Of a stretch of 64,000 nt of DNA, positions 62,171 through 64,000 are shown in pieces; within the stretch, counting starts at the first letter, position 1, and every line of letters starts with the position of its first letter. Origin of the DNA: Candidatus Microgenomates bacterium. GTDB taxonomy: Bacteria > Patescibacteriota > Microgenomatia > JACQLA01. The notes beneath the pieces were generated by a model. That model had not been told where the DNA came from and ran no database searches. It worked only from the letters and a program-made list of their open reading frames with translations. A program made the translations under genes and the position numbers. The DNA is taken from contig JACQLA010000005.1 of assembly GCA_016204255.1 (NCBI GenBank), positions 4,339 through 68,338 of the forward strand. The letters are read 5' to 3'.

Positions 62171-62337
62171 TGGTGCAAATTATTTAGCCATATCCTACCC
62201 CTTCAGGCACTCTAGCGCAACCACAAGATGCCTGGAGACCAAGGTGTTGGAGGCCGGACACGCAGAAAGGGCCCATAATGCGGATTCTAGGAACGTCCGA
62301 ACGAAAGGAAGGCTAGGAAAGGCCCGGGTCACCTTAC

Positions 62338-62748
62338 TTACTTGCGGAAGTGCCTTATCAACGACACCCCGAACCAAACTGCGTTGAGAAGAACGCCGTA
62401 AGCGCCCGGATATATCAGGTCACTCAGGTCACCGAATTTCTGGACCTTTAGACCGAAAACTATGAAGGGGACAAACATCAGGATGGTGGCCATGGCCCTG
62501 GCGTCATCCATGGAGTCGGCGATGAGGTCAGCCACAGTACGCCCAGTGGCTCTCGGAAGAGCGGCACCCGGCTTCGGTGAGATAGTTTCCTCTACATCTT
62601 GCTCCGAAGGAATGCTCGTCAGATCTCGCTGTTTTAGTTCACCTGCTTCCTTTAGGCGTAGCCCTTCCGGGACCGTGGTGGGCTGCCGGCGGTCAGGAGA
62701 ATCATCAAACTCAAGAGTTAAGCGCTTGATAGGCATGGCGTTACACAC
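62338..62748 (-). CDS. Hypothetical protein with two C-terminal TM helices
   Basis: ORF track; polar N-terminus; overlaps the upstream stop. Confidence 0.65.
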   Translation of the reverse strand: MCNAMPIKRLTLEFDDSPDRRQPTTVPEGLRLKEAGELKQRDLTSIPSEQDVEETISPKPGAALPRATGRTVADLIADSMDDARAMATILMFVPFIVFGLKVQKFGDLSDLIYPGAYGVLLNAVWFGVSLIRHFRK

Positions 62749-63448
62749 CTACCATAGCGGCCATGTTTTCAACTTTGATCCATGTTGATTGGACGGCGGC
62801 CTGTAAGAGCCGAGGGACTTCATCATGCTTTAAATCATCCGTTCGATAGAAATCTAGGTCAACGAAGAAGCCAGCCCTCTCAAACTCCTTAGAGTCGAAG
62901 CTGAAGTACCGCCGAGCTTCGTCTTTGTGAATAGGTCCTCCGGCGACACGCACGTCGAAGCCTTGGTCTTTCAACTCGATGACAAATTGCATATCAATCT
63001 GTGCCGCTCCGATGACTTCCCGCACCCTATCTGTGTAGAAGGTTTGAAAAACACTGCGGTTGATGTCTTCGAATCTCTTATCGCTGGGGACAAAAACCTT
63101 AGTGCGTGCCCCGAAACGTTCAAGAGGCGGCAGTCTGTAATGTTTATTCTTTTGGAGAGTGCGCCAAAAAGAACCGGCTCGATCAATGAAGAAGTTCCGT
63201 GTCTGAGGGTCGTAAACGAGGTAGCCAGCGCTTCTGTAACCAGCGAAGGCCCCTTCTTTCTCAACCTTGCCTGGCTTGTCGCGGAAGCTCACGACGTTCG
63301 GCTCGATATTCCAATGAGGTAGAAAGCTGCTCTCCCGAATGTAGTCGGCAACGTAACCGCGGACATCAAGGAAGCTGCCAGAAGGCGTGTATCGAACCTC
63401 CAGAATCTGCTCGGCAAGCATCAGCTTCTCGGCCTGTTTCTTCGGCAT
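62741..63448 (-). CDS. TIGR04255-like hypothetical protein
   Basis: LAEQILEVRY start, LERFGAR, FFVDLDFY near the C-terminus; SD AGGGGG. Confidence 0.6.
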   Translation of the reverse strand: MPKKQAEKLMLAEQILEVRYTPSGSFLDVRGYVADYIRESSFLPHWNIEPNVVSFRDKPGKVEKEGAFAGYRSAGYLVYDPQTRNFFIDRAGSFWRTLQKNKHYRLPPLERFGARTKVFVPSDKRFEDINRSVFQTFYTDRVREVIGAAQIDMQFVIELKDQGFDVRVAGGPIHKDEARRYFSFDSKEFERAGFFVDLDFYRTDDLKHDEVPRLLQAAVQSTWIKVENMAAMVGV

Positions 63449-63709
63449 TGCTACCCCCTATTGACTAATGGACACCTCAACTACTTGAAGTGCTGGGGTA
63501 TTATAGCACATTTGAGTTAGCCGACCGCTAGGTATCTTGATAGGCAGCGAACTATGGGGACTTAAACGAATCTTGGCAAGAAGAATAGCGGTCAAGGGCC
63601 GATAAGGGGCGTTCCCGGAACTACGTGGGCCTATGAACTGAGGTTAGCGGTGCGAGCCCCGAGAACGACAGATGCTGAGAGGACTAGTGCTCGCAATCGT
63701 GAGAATCAG

Positions 63710-64000
63710 TTATTGCAGATGGGCCATTATGCGTGCAACAACGTTCTTTATCCCGTCTCCTGCAACTTCGTGTTCCCATACTCTAATGACGCGCCATCCG
63801 TTAGCTTCTAACAGAGTTGTCTGACGACGGTCGCGGTTGACTGTAGCCCGAATTTTCTCATCCCACCAAGCTGCGTTAGTCTTAGGGAGGAAAAAGTGAG
63901 TGTCACACCGATGCCAGAAGCAGCCGTCAATGAAGACACACAGCTTTTGGCGTGGGAAGACGAAGTCAGCCTCGCAACGTATAGCTGGCTCAGGACGACA
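63710..64000 (-). CDS. vsr: Very short patch repair endonuclease, 3' part (5' end outside window)
   Basis: Manual translation ...ADFVFPRQKLCVFIDGCFWHRC...PKTNAAWWDEKI...RD...GWRVIRVWEHE. Confidence 0.93.
   Translation of the reverse strand, partial: CRPEPAIRCEADFVFPRQKLCVFIDGCFWHRCDTHFFLPKTNAAWWDEKIRATVNRDRRQTTLLEANGWRVIRVWEHEVAGDGIKNVVARIMAHLQ

Noticed and set aside
62171..62337. Second attC upstream of the HAD gene (also checked 63450-63709)
   Set aside because: No complementary R and L boxes found.

Overview
Mostly minus-strand core chromosome of an AT-rich bacterium using genetic code 11. It is most likely Patescibacteria/CPR (Microgenomates-like). That is an inference from the absence of rpmD in the spc block, an N-terminally short uL2, AlaRS without a C-Ala domain, a VirB4/TraG-like membrane ATPase, PT-linker surface proteins and an archaeal-type AMP phosphorylase. 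Left to right the window holds: ahcY plus a PfkB kinase, RNase P RNA, miaA/miaB, SOD, an ABC-2 exporter, hup-rny-recX-recA, tRNA-Pro(GGG), the rpoB-rpoC-str-S10-spc-alpha-rplM/rpsI superoperon, capA-like/mnmA/mltG/AMP phosphorylase/ruvX/sortase/alaS, an IS21 istA, and a GC-richer foreign segment from about 61.1 kb (attC-bearing HAD phosphatase, TIGR04255-like gene, vsr). The most unusual signals are: (1) an enlarged RNase P RNA whose helices are capped by repeated palindromes and which carries a second, hairpin-sequestered copy of its catalytic 3' P4 strand; (2) a transposase-less IS200/IS605-type mini-element sharing an identical 19-nt hairpin with rnpB; (3) a synonymously recoded duplicate of the rpsG 3' end; (4) a strongly remodelled tRNA-recognition domain in AlaRS; (5) an istA with a consensus promoter and only a stub where istB should be, sitting at the host/foreign junction. 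All calls were made by eye, with no database searches.
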